From: Promethearchaeota archaeon
GTDB lineage: Archaea > Asgardarchaeota > Lokiarchaeia > Sigyniarchaeales > SOKP01
Assembly: GCA_019058015.1 (NCBI GenBank)
Contig: JAHLWH010000106.1
Span: 1-17,605, forward strand
Reading direction: 5' to 3'
Length of the DNA stretch: 17,605 nt
Each line of letters starts with the position of its first letter. The first letter of the stretch is position 1. Of this stretch, positions 7,619 to 16,028 are shown piece by piece. Made by a program: the position numbers and the translations under genes. Under the pieces are notes generated by a model. The model saw nothing but the letters and a program-made list of their open reading frames with translations, was not told where the DNA came from and did not search any database.

Positions 7619-7696
7619 ATGCCTCATTATGAAATTTGTTGCTGTGTAGTTATTATATTGGTAATAATCGTTTTAATATTGGTTTTCTTTGGATAA
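7619..7696 (+). CDS. Candidate 25-aa single-pass membrane micropeptide MPHYEICCCVVIILVIIVLILVFFG
   Basis: ATG 7619 to TAA 7694-7696, below the ORF-track cutoff. Three consecutive Cys precede 15 uninterrupted V/I/L/F residues. The leader is purine-rich, with GAGGA unusually close to the ATG. It lies in an otherwise empty 655-bp gap. Confidence 0.5.
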   Translation: MPHYEICCCVVIILVIIVLILVFFG

Positions 7697-7875
7697 TATC
7701 TTAAATTGGCCAAATACGAGCCCAGCAAATAATAATAATATTTAAATACCTTTTTTAAATATTTTATTGCCACTAATTTTAAAATACTTATCATATTACT
7801 TTCTCTTAGTGATTTTAGTAAAAAAGAGAAAAAAAAAAGAAGTGATTAGCCATTTGTGAATTTAAAGTATTAAAA

Positions 7876-8166
7876 ATGGAAGGGAATGATTTAAAACAAG
7901 TTGCGGAGGAAATTTTGGTTTTCAAATATGATGAGGATACCGGAACTTCTGCATTTTATGGAATTCTTGGGGAGAAAGTTAAATTAAATAATGCATTAGT
8001 TTTGGAAGTTAATATGATACCCAAAAGGCATGATATCGTTGTAATTCAATCTCCTTTGGTTTCTAATTTTGTTTCAATTGTAAAAAAGATAAATAAAGGT
8101 TCGGTTACAAAGGATCAAATAGAACATTTTCAAAGTAAACTAGAGGAAATTAAAGCGAAATTGTAA
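7876..8166 (+). CDS. Hypothetical protein (96 aa, predicted alpha/beta, soluble)
   Basis: Clean ATG-TAA ORF with protein-like composition in its own intergenic slot; no family recognised. Confidence 0.7.
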   Translation: MEGNDLKQVAEEILVFKYDEDTGTSAFYGILGEKVKLNNALVLEVNMIPKRHDIVVIQSPLVSNFVSIVKKINKGSVTKDQIEHFQSKLEEIKAKL

Positions 8167-8271
8167 TTTATAAAATATTTCGCACTTCTACTTTTAAACA
8201 CTCATTAATTTAATAAAAAAAAGATTGGATTAGTAATATCAAGCACTTAATCATATTATTTATTTAGATTC

Positions 8272-10029
8272 TCAGATCGAAGTTGATAGGATTGATGCTA
8301 AAATCCAGCTAAATAGGAATGCATTGAGAAATGCGCCCACGTAATAGCGGGAAGTGATATGATAGATCCACACGGTAATAATTACTGCAATAGCAAACAT
8401 TGGAGTGAACATGTAGAAGAATAGGAAAACATAACCAATCATACCAGGTAAGACAACAATACCAGCGATGTATCCCACACCGAATTGAATAGCAATGAGA
8501 ACGGCATAAAACAAACATTTGAAAAATATTGCTTTCAAGCTACAAGATAATTGGGCATACATCCATTTTTTTTTAATTTCGGTTCGCATGGCTCCCATCA
8601 ACCACATACCTTCAACTAAAAAGTATGGAATGAAACAAATTAGGTAAATTGGAGCAATTAATGCTCGGCTTGGGGTCAAATCATTAAGTATAGGCAGGAA
8701 ACAGCGAAAATCGAGTGCTAAAATAACATCTAGCAAGAGAGTCCAGGCATATAACCAGAATATTACCAATAGTGATAATAAGACACTTTTTATGATAATT
8801 CGTAAAACTTCGTGAGATTCACCTTGTTTTTCCTTAAATTGGATATTGTGTCTTATTTTAGGCCGAAAACGAAGGATTAGATAAAGAATTCCTGCAGATA
8901 TAAGCCCTACTCCTAGGAAGTATGTAAGGATTGAAGTTCCATAACTCTGAGGGATTACTATAATACTTCCTATAAGTAGACCAATCACCATTAATGGAAT
9001 ATATAAACCAAATCCTATACCTCCATAGAGTAAACCCAACCCAAAATATGACTTGGTACTTAAAATATTTTTATCTTCAGATAACTTTTTTTTATTCTTA
9101 AGATCCTTGAAAAATGGAAGATCAATTAAAATTGCAAGAAGGGGTAAAATTGACAAAAATACTCCAATTGAAGCGATTAAACCACCAATCATAAAGATTG
9201 GGTAAAATAGATTTTCTTTCGGTAGCCAATACTCATCTTCAGCACCTCCTTTTAGGCTATTTTTCATCCATTCAACAGTTTCACTAATTACAATAGGATC
9301 TATAGTTACAAAGAGATGATTTGTTCTGGGGAGAATTATTTTTCGTGCAGTTCCACTGCTGAAATCACCATATAAAGTATTCAACTCGATTGAAGATACA
9401 TTAAAGGAAATTTCTAGTGAAGAGAGATTAGTAGGATAAGATGATAATTCATCGAACTGACCTGTAGCAACGAGCATGTTATGTGGATAGGTTGCATTAG
9501 CTGTTAATCTGACACCAGCACCTACAAGTACGAGTGAATTGACTATGATTGTTGAATCTTCGATTGCGCTCCAGGAGATTCCACCACCCATGCTATGTCC
9601 AATAAGACCAATGGAAGAACTATCCACATAAGGCAAATTTGCTATATATTCAAGTGCTGCGGTACCACTTCCAGTCCCAGGTTCAGAGTTGCCATGTCTA
9701 TTTGCATCGATTGTAAGTACAACGAAACCGCGTCGTGCCAATTCTATTCCAAACGCCATAAGCCATTCTTTACTCTGTAAAGAACCATGAATAACAACCA
9801 CACCAGGTAAAGGGTTAGATCCTGAAGCATATGTCGGTACTTGAAGGGTGCTATGGATCCAAGATCCATCTTCCGTAGTTTGAAAATCAACCTCCAAAAC
9901 ATTGACATTTCCAAAATTACTCTGTATGATACCGGCAATAGTTGTTCCAATCAAAAGAACGGCAATACTAAAAATTAGAACTATATATCGTGGTCTGATT
10001 TCTATTTTTTTTCTAATATTTTCTAACAT
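8272..10029 (-). CDS. Membrane-anchored alpha/beta-fold serine hydrolase with a C-terminal multi-TM domain
   Basis: N-terminal TM anchor; oxyanion 'VVVIHG'; 'ELARRGFVVLTIDANRHGNS'; nucleophile elbow 'GHSMGG'; acid 'GQFDE'; His 'TNHLF'; then about 8 hydrophobic helices. AGGT RBS-like motif upstream. Confidence 0.9.
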   Translation of the reverse strand: MLENIRKKIEIRPRYIVLIFSIAVLLIGTTIAGIIQSNFGNVNVLEVDFQTTEDGSWIHSTLQVPTYASGSNPLPGVVVIHGSLQSKEWLMAFGIELARRGFVVLTIDANRHGNSEPGTGSGTAALEYIANLPYVDSSSIGLIGHSMGGGISWSAIEDSTIIVNSLVLVGAGVRLTANATYPHNMLVATGQFDELSSYPTNLSSLEISFNVSSIELNTLYGDFSSGTARKIILPRTNHLFVTIDPIVISETVEWMKNSLKGGAEDEYWLPKENLFYPIFMIGGLIASIGVFLSILPLLAILIDLPFFKDLKNKKKLSEDKNILSTKSYFGLGLLYGGIGFGLYIPLMVIGLLIGSIIVIPQSYGTSILTYFLGVGLISAGILYLILRFRPKIRHNIQFKEKQGESHEVLRIIIKSVLLSLLVIFWLYAWTLLLDVILALDFRCFLPILNDLTPSRALIAPIYLICFIPYFLVEGMWLMGAMRTEIKKKWMYAQLSCSLKAIFFKCLFYAVLIAIQFGVGYIAGIVVLPGMIGYVFLFFYMFTPMFAIAVIITVWIYHITSRYYVGAFLNAFLFSWILASILSTSI

Positions 10030-10277
10030 TTTTTTTACCTAAAAAGTAACTTTATAAAAATATTAGCTTAAGTAATTTAAAAAAATATAGTTAGGTTTTA
10101 AAAATATAAACATTTCAAAATTCAACTAATTAGTTATAAATATCAATTGTAATTGTTGAAAATTTAAAATTATCTACTTTATTAAATTCATTTTCAAGAA
10201 ATTTAATATACTTATTAAAAAAATCAAAAATCAATAATGATATCCCATTTAAATATTGTATTAATTTTTATTTATTT

Positions 10278-11231
10278 GTGGAGTTCTACGGAGTTAATAT
10301 CACAAATTTAATTGAAAAATATGAAGGAAAATCAATAACAGAGATCTTCCCAAACAACAAAATTAAAAATAATTCAATGGGTTCTTTTTTAAATATTTAC
10401 TGGAAACAGAACTTACCATTTAATTCAAAAATCTCTTCTACTAGAAAACGATTGCTTAGAAATTTAAAAACAGTTCATCAAATTGGGGAAAAAACCGAAT
10501 CATATCTAAAAAGACGTGGTGTCAATAATCTATTTGATTTAATTGGACACTGTGGGTATCAAAAAAATGCAATGAAACTTATTAATATGATTAAGGAAAA
10601 AAATTACCAACTCCTTGAGAAAAACTATTATATCAAAGATATTGATCTATTATTTTGCTTTAAATTGGAAGATTTACTTTTTCTAGATATAGAAAGCACT
10701 GGATTGTACGGATCGAGTGTTTTTCTCATAGGTTTGGGGTATTTTAAAAATGGAATATTCAAAATCAAACAATATTTTGCAAGGATTTTAGATGATGAAA
10801 TAGCAATATTTGAGAGGTTAAAGCATTTTTTTAAAAAATTTAAATGTTTTGTGTCATATAACGGGAAATCGTTTGATATTCCTGTCTTAGCCGACAGATT
10901 TTTATATTTCTTTGACGAAAATCCAATGATATCTGAAGATGATGACCCTTATGAACAAAATAACACATTATATCACCATATCGATTTATACCATAATAGT
11001 AGGCGATTGTGGAAGGGAAAATATATTAATTATAAATTATCAACAATCGAGCAAGAAGTTTTAGAATTAAAAAGGGATGATGATGTTCCGGGGGCTTATA
11101 TGGGGCATTTCTATGAAATGTATTCTCAAAATCCGGAAAAATATAGTGGATTAATTCAAGCTTGTATTGAGCATAATTATAATGATGTGAAAAATCTGCC
11201 CCTAATATTAGATGTAATGCTTAAATCTTAA
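10278..11231 (+). CDS. RNase H-like (YprB/MrfB, RNase_H_2) DEDD exonuclease with an N-terminal HhH-like motif
   Basis: ExoI 'LFLDIESTGL'; ExoII 'VSYNGKSFDIP'; 'HHIDLYH..RRLW...KLSTIEQEVL..KRDDDVPG'; ExoIII 'IEHNYNDV'; HhH-like 'HQIGEKTESYLKRRGV'. GTG start. Confidence 0.9.
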   Translation: MEFYGVNITNLIEKYEGKSITEIFPNNKIKNNSMGSFLNIYWKQNLPFNSKISSTRKRLLRNLKTVHQIGEKTESYLKRRGVNNLFDLIGHCGYQKNAMKLINMIKEKNYQLLEKNYYIKDIDLLFCFKLEDLLFLDIESTGLYGSSVFLIGLGYFKNGIFKIKQYFARILDDEIAIFERLKHFFKKFKCFVSYNGKSFDIPVLADRFLYFFDENPMISEDDDPYEQNNTLYHHIDLYHNSRRLWKGKYINYKLSTIEQEVLELKRDDDVPGAYMGHFYEMYSQNPEKYSGLIQACIEHNYNDVKNLPLILDVMLKS

Positions 11232-11415
11232 TAGTGTTAAGACCTTTTTTTTATTATCAATTTAGATTTCAATAATTATTAGTTAGAATATCTTCCTCTA
11301 ATATAAAATGTAATGCTTAAATTTTTTTTAAAAAAAAGGAATTTGGAATTATGAGTATATTTTAAAATTTTTGTTTTTTTATGTTTTAAACTAAATATTT
11401 TATAAATTATCTAGT

Positions 11416-11715
11416 TCAACCCATTACTTTAAACGCATCTTTCATTCCCAATAAAGTTTCTATTCTCAATGAAAACCCTTCAATATCCCAGAATGGCTGA
11501 AATGTTTTTGTTATATACATCAAGGTTTCATCTCCCTTATCCTTCTCCGCCATTATAAGATTATATCCCTTAAATCCACGCTCACTATCGGGACAAGTAA
11601 AAATCTGCCATTTCTTTATAAAAGAAGGCATTGGACCTTTACTTGCTTTAAGAAATAGCTCCATTATCTCTTTCGCCTTATTAGTTGGATACCATTGAGT
11701 TACCATAATAATCAT
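11416..11715 (-). CDS. Small hypothetical protein, probable dimeric alpha+beta barrel (DUF3303/GYD-like)
   Basis: 99 aa with a strong GAGGT RBS. The beta-alpha-beta-beta-alpha-beta pattern (MIIMVTQWYP...GYNLIMAE...IEGFSLRIETLL) suggests a ferredoxin-like fold; the family assignment is tentative. Confidence 0.7.
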   Translation of the reverse strand: MIIMVTQWYPTNKAKEIMELFLKASKGPMPSFIKKWQIFTCPDSERGFKGYNLIMAEKDKGDETLMYITKTFQPFWDIEGFSLRIETLLGMKDAFKVMG

Positions 11716-11882
11716 TCATACTTTACCTCTTTTTTAATTAATTTTAATAAAATTGGATTTTAAAACGAGTGATCATTGAATTAAGATATATATAAAAATT
11801 TCCTTTTTTATAGAAAAATGAAAATTTAATAATCAAAAAATAATTTGAAATAAATTTTAAGAATCATTAGTCAGAATATATT

Positions 11883-13076
11883 ATGGAGATTCCGCACAAC
11901 AAGTATGATATGACCCAAAAGGCATTAGATGGAGTAAAATCAAAAATCGATGCCATGGAAGAATCTGCTTCAAATAAATACATTTTTCTTGGATTTGATG
12001 GTTATATAGATTCTCTCTATTCTTTAGTTGCAAATCGAGAAGATGTTAGTAATTGGACGTTAATGAATTCAATGACGCAGATGGCTGAGCGTATTATTAA
12101 TTCAGCCGGAAGTTCAACTAATATTGAGCGGGTTTTGAAACGAAAAGTTGCAGGAGGTTTTGCACCAAATACAGGAAAAGCATTATGGAATTTGGGACTT
12201 CGAGTTTTCTTAGTAGCTGCGATGGGTCTTCCAAAGGCTAAGGAGATCTTCAAAGTTTATCCAGAATTCGTGGAAGATATATCTATAAACGAACCTGGAC
12301 GAACTGTAGGTTTAGAATTTAATGACGGTAAGGTTATGATTACCGATTTCCACAACATTTATGATATCTCCTGGGATAAAATTATCAAAAAAATAAAAAT
12401 CCCCAAGTTAATTGATAGGTTTAATATTTGCGATGGATATGGTTTTGGGCATTGGTCATTATTGCTAGAAATGAATAATATCTGGATGAAAATCAAGACT
12501 GAAATATTTCCATCTGTCTCAAATCTAAAAGAAAAAATCTTTTTTATTGATTTAGCAGATCTCAGGAAACGGAAAGATGAAGATATAAAAAAAATGATCG
12601 ATTTATTAATAGAACTTGAAGATCAAGTCCAAATATGTCTTAGTTTAAATGATAGAGAAGTGATTGATATTTCAAGAGTAATTAATGGAGTTGATAAGAT
12701 TGATCCTAATCAGCCTAATTTTGAAGGCTATATTGAAGCGGGAAAAAAAATCAATGATATCTTGAATTTTTCTTATTTGATCATTCATGAACCACATTTT
12801 GCCACTATTACAAGGAAAAAAAACCATTACTGGGTATCTCAAGCTTTTACAAGCACACCAAAATTTAGTACTGGTGCAGGAGATCATTTTAACGGAGCAA
12901 CATTAGCTGGATTGGTTCTAGATTTAAATCCAGCTGAAGCTATATTATTTGGGAATATTAACACCGCAATATTCGTGAGAACCGGAGAATCCCCAAGATT
13001 TAAACATATAAAGGCATTTATGAAAAATTATATGGATTATTTAAAAAATGAGAATCTAGAATTTAAAATGAAATAA
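11883..13076 (+). CDS. PfkB/ribokinase-superfamily carbohydrate kinase, divergent
   Basis: 'AGGFAPNTGKALWNLG' (GG switch), 'LSLNDREV' (NxxE) and 'STGAGDHFNG' (anion hole with catalytic Asp). Confidence 0.85.
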   Translation: MEIPHNKYDMTQKALDGVKSKIDAMEESASNKYIFLGFDGYIDSLYSLVANREDVSNWTLMNSMTQMAERIINSAGSSTNIERVLKRKVAGGFAPNTGKALWNLGLRVFLVAAMGLPKAKEIFKVYPEFVEDISINEPGRTVGLEFNDGKVMITDFHNIYDISWDKIIKKIKIPKLIDRFNICDGYGFGHWSLLLEMNNIWMKIKTEIFPSVSNLKEKIFFIDLADLRKRKDEDIKKMIDLLIELEDQVQICLSLNDREVIDISRVINGVDKIDPNQPNFEGYIEAGKKINDILNFSYLIIHEPHFATITRKKNHYWVSQAFTSTPKFSTGAGDHFNGATLAGLVLDLNPAEAILFGNINTAIFVRTGESPRFKHIKAFMKNYMDYLKNENLEFKMK

Positions 13077-13117
13077 AATAAAATTAATTAAAATTTCAAT
13101 TAATTAGTGATATAATT

Positions 13118-14803
13118 TTGAAAATAATGGAATCCTTACGTAAAAAATTGTATGAAGAGAAATGGAATTTTAAAAACAGAGACGCTCTTATTGACAAATT
13201 GCAGAAAGAATCTTACGATATTATTATTATCGGTGGAGGCATCACAGGAGCTGGAGTTGCAAGAGAAGCTGCCCTAAGGGGCTTAAAAGTTGCTTTAATT
13301 GATAAACAAGATTTTGCTGCAGGAACTTCTTCTAGAAGCACTAAAATGGCTCATGGCGGGATTAGATATTTGGAAAGTTATGAATTTAGATTAGTTCGCG
13401 AAGCAACTACGGAAAGAAATTGGTTAATGGCCCATCTTCCTCATTTAATTAGACCAATTCGATTAATACCAACTGCATGGAAGGGTGGAAAAGATAATGT
13501 GTCTCGAGTTCATTTAGGTGTGCGGATTTACGACTTTTTAAGCAATTCATTCTCTAAATTTAAAACTTATAAAAAACATGAAATTTTAGAACCGGAAGAA
13601 ATCATAGAGCTCGAACCTGCTATAAAAAAGGAGGGTCTTTTAGGAGGCGCTTCATATTATGATACATTTGTGGACGATGCAAGATTAGTATTGGAATCTA
13701 TTAAGGAAGCAGTTATAAGAGGAACTGACGCACTTAACTATGTTGAATTTAAATCTTTTATTAAGGAAAACGGAAAAATTGTTGGAATTAAATGCTTGGA
13801 TCTTGAAAAAAATAATAAATTTGAAATAAAAGGAAAACAAATCGTAAATGCAACCGGAATATGGACCGATACTATCGTTGAAAATTATCCAGATGATATT
13901 CCAAAACCCGTTATTAGACCTACAAAAGGAGTCCATTTGGTATACCCTATTGACAAAATAAAAGTAAATAATGCAATGCCTATTCGGTCAATTGATGATA
14001 ATCGCGGGATGTTTTTAATGCGTCGAGGAAATATCGCTTTAATAGGAACTACAGATACAGATTATAAAGAAGACCTTGATATTCCATACTGTACTAAGGA
14101 GGATGCAGATTATGTAATTAGAGCTGTGAAAAATATATTTCCTCAATCGGAATTAGGATATGAAAATCTTATTTCTACATTCGCAGGAATTCGACCTTTA
14201 GTGATGCAAAAAGGAAAATCTGAAAGTGAACTTTCAAGAGATCATTTGATTTTTTGGTCCAATGATGGTTTACTTACAATCACTGGCGGTAAATTAACTA
14301 CTAATAGAAAAATGGCTGAAGATTTATTTAAAGAACTTATAAAACATAAAGTTTTTAGCGGCATTAGAAGAAAGAAGAATTTCTCCAAACAAAAATTCAT
14401 TATCGGCTTAGAAAAGTCTGAATGGCAAAAATTTATAGAAAATAATAATCCAAAATTAGATCAAGATATTTTAGACCACCTTTATCAACAATATGGACAT
14501 GGTGCCATGAAAATAATAGAAATTTGTCAAAAAGATAATGCCTTAAAAGAGAGACTCTTACCTGAACATCCATTTATTACCGGAGAAATTGTGTATTCGC
14601 TTAAAAACGAACAGATTCCTCATTTAATTGATGTCCTTTGCAGACGAACCGAAATGGCAATCTTAATACACCATAAAAAACAGAAAATCGTTGCCGAAAA
14701 AGTCGCCAAAATTATGGCTAAAGAATATGGATGGAATGAAGAGAAAAAAAGTGAGGAGATCAAAATCCATCTTGACCACATCAAAAAAACCATCTTTTTT
14801 TAA
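13118..14803 (+). CDS. glpD: FAD-dependent glycerol-3-phosphate dehydrogenase/oxidase (GlpD/GlpA family)
   Basis: 'YDIIIIGGGITGAGVAREAALRGLKVALIDKQDFAAGTSSRSTKMAHGGIRYLE', 'DDARL', 'VNATGIWTD', 'KGVHLV', 'IGTTDTDY', 'FAGIRPL', 'SRDH', 'ITGGKLTT', and C-terminal DAO_C 'DVLCRRT'. The start may be ATG 13127. Confidence 0.92.
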   Translation: MKIMESLRKKLYEEKWNFKNRDALIDKLQKESYDIIIIGGGITGAGVAREAALRGLKVALIDKQDFAAGTSSRSTKMAHGGIRYLESYEFRLVREATTERNWLMAHLPHLIRPIRLIPTAWKGGKDNVSRVHLGVRIYDFLSNSFSKFKTYKKHEILEPEEIIELEPAIKKEGLLGGASYYDTFVDDARLVLESIKEAVIRGTDALNYVEFKSFIKENGKIVGIKCLDLEKNNKFEIKGKQIVNATGIWTDTIVENYPDDIPKPVIRPTKGVHLVYPIDKIKVNNAMPIRSIDDNRGMFLMRRGNIALIGTTDTDYKEDLDIPYCTKEDADYVIRAVKNIFPQSELGYENLISTFAGIRPLVMQKGKSESELSRDHLIFWSNDGLLTITGGKLTTNRKMAEDLFKELIKHKVFSGIRRKKNFSKQKFIIGLEKSEWQKFIENNNPKLDQDILDHLYQQYGHGAMKIIEICQKDNALKERLLPEHPFITGEIVYSLKNEQIPHLIDVLCRRTEMAILIHHKKQKIVAEKVAKIMAKEYGWNEEKKSEEIKIHLDHIKKTIFF

Positions 14804-14899
14804 CTTTTCATTGTGACAAAAATCGGACGCAATAAATATTTAAAATCAAGAATTCATCTAATACTTAAAATTATAATATTTTAGAAAATGTGATGTTTA

Positions 14900-15577
14900 A
14901 TGATTTTTCAAATTTGGGATGTCTTTCAAGATTTTTTTGACTGGATTGCAGAATCAGGCGCAATCATGTTGATCTTAGCGGGTTTGATAGCAATTACATG
15001 GTTTGGCTATGAATCTAAGCGACGACGTAGCATTACTAAAAGGAAAGTAGATGAGTATGAGTTTAATGTTACTAAATTTTTAAGAATTTTATCATACCTA
15101 GGAATAGTAATCGGAGTTTTTTGTATTTTTTCTGGAGCAGTTAGCCTGCTTCGAAATCTTCCTCCAAGTTTTGCTTATCGTGATAATGTAGCCAATGAAG
15201 TAAATCATTTTACAGCAATAAGTTTGATTGTAATTGGCTTGATTTGTTTCTTAAAGCCAATAAACGATTTACCTTGGTCTGGCATAATTGGTTTAATTGT
15301 TGGTAGCATAATTACATTCATAATAGCAATTTCTATTCCAGAACAACTTGCGGAAGTAATTGCGGTTTTTATTGACCCGCGTTGGGTGTTAGGTATATTA
15401 TTTGTTTTAATAGTAGCTATCGTTGCCTTAACTGTAAAATTCTACATTAAAGGGTTGATGGCAATATCGAAAGTGCTTTCTTGGCCTCCAATAGCGTTGA
15501 TCCTAATGTTTTACTGCTTCATACAGGGTGTAGCTTTGTGGGGATTTGGATTTTCAGTAGTTCCAAACTTTTTTTAG
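14900..15577 (+). CDS. Hypothetical polytopic membrane protein (about 6 TM)
   Basis: Six or more hydrophobic stretches, a basic loop 'SKRRRSITKRK' after TM1, and a GTGATG RBS-like motif upstream. Confidence 0.8.
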   Translation: MIFQIWDVFQDFFDWIAESGAIMLILAGLIAITWFGYESKRRRSITKRKVDEYEFNVTKFLRILSYLGIVIGVFCIFSGAVSLLRNLPPSFAYRDNVANEVNHFTAISLIVIGLICFLKPINDLPWSGIIGLIVGSIITFIIAISIPEQLAEVIAVFIDPRWVLGILFVLIVAIVALTVKFYIKGLMAISKVLSWPPIALILMFYCFIQGVALWGFGFSVVPNFF

Positions 15578-15669
15578 TCATAAAATCAAAATTTATTTTT
15601 TCTTTTTTCCTATTTATAATGGTTTAAGTTTAATTTATCTTCTATTTAAATTCCGAATTCAATATATTT

Positions 15670-15933
15670 TTAAAATTCCATATCCAGGTCCCCCTTTCCT
15701 ACATAATCTTCAAGACCTTCAATCTCTACATCAATTATTTCTTCGTCTGATCCCTGTTTTTTCTTGGAATTTGATGTTTCACAAGAAAATTTATTTCTCT
15801 CATTCTCATCTCTCAATCTGAATTCTTCGATTAGGGGGCCATAAGGGCACCATCCGAGTCTATGGCAAGGTTTAATTACATTTTCATCATTAATTTTTTC
15901 AGTATTTAACCATTCACCAACCATTGAAATCAA
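15670..15933 (-). CDS. Small hypothetical protein with a PCxxLxWCPYGP Cys motif and acidic tail; possibly truncated or chimeric
   Basis: 'KPCHRLGWCPYGPLIEEF...FSCET' followed by a low-complexity acidic tail. The likely start is ATG 15924. Confidence 0.6.
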   Translation of the reverse strand: MISMVGEWLNTEKINDENVIKPCHRLGWCPYGPLIEEFRLRDENERNKFSCETSNSKKKQGSDEEIIDVEIEGLEDYVGKGDLDMEF

Positions 15934-16028
15934 CTTTTTTTGTTTTATCTATTTTATTATCAAAATGGAAGTATTTAAATAAAGAAGAAAATTCCAGTAA
16001 TTTTTCTTTTAATTTATTTATAAAGAAT

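Noticed and set aside
7800-7831. TTTCTCTT...AAGAGAAA inverted repeat
   Set aside because: An 8-bp low-complexity stem with a 16-nt loop is expected by chance in AT-rich DNA.
8309-9950. ORFs 8309..8518 (Cys-rich), 9595..9780 and 9744..9950
   Set aside because: They overlap the hydrolase. The Cys-richness is an off-frame by-product of Val/Ala/Leu-rich TM codons.
12017-13936. Minus-strand ORFs 12017..12253, 12672..12887 and 13685..13936
   Set aside because: Antisense shadows of the PfkB kinase and glpD.
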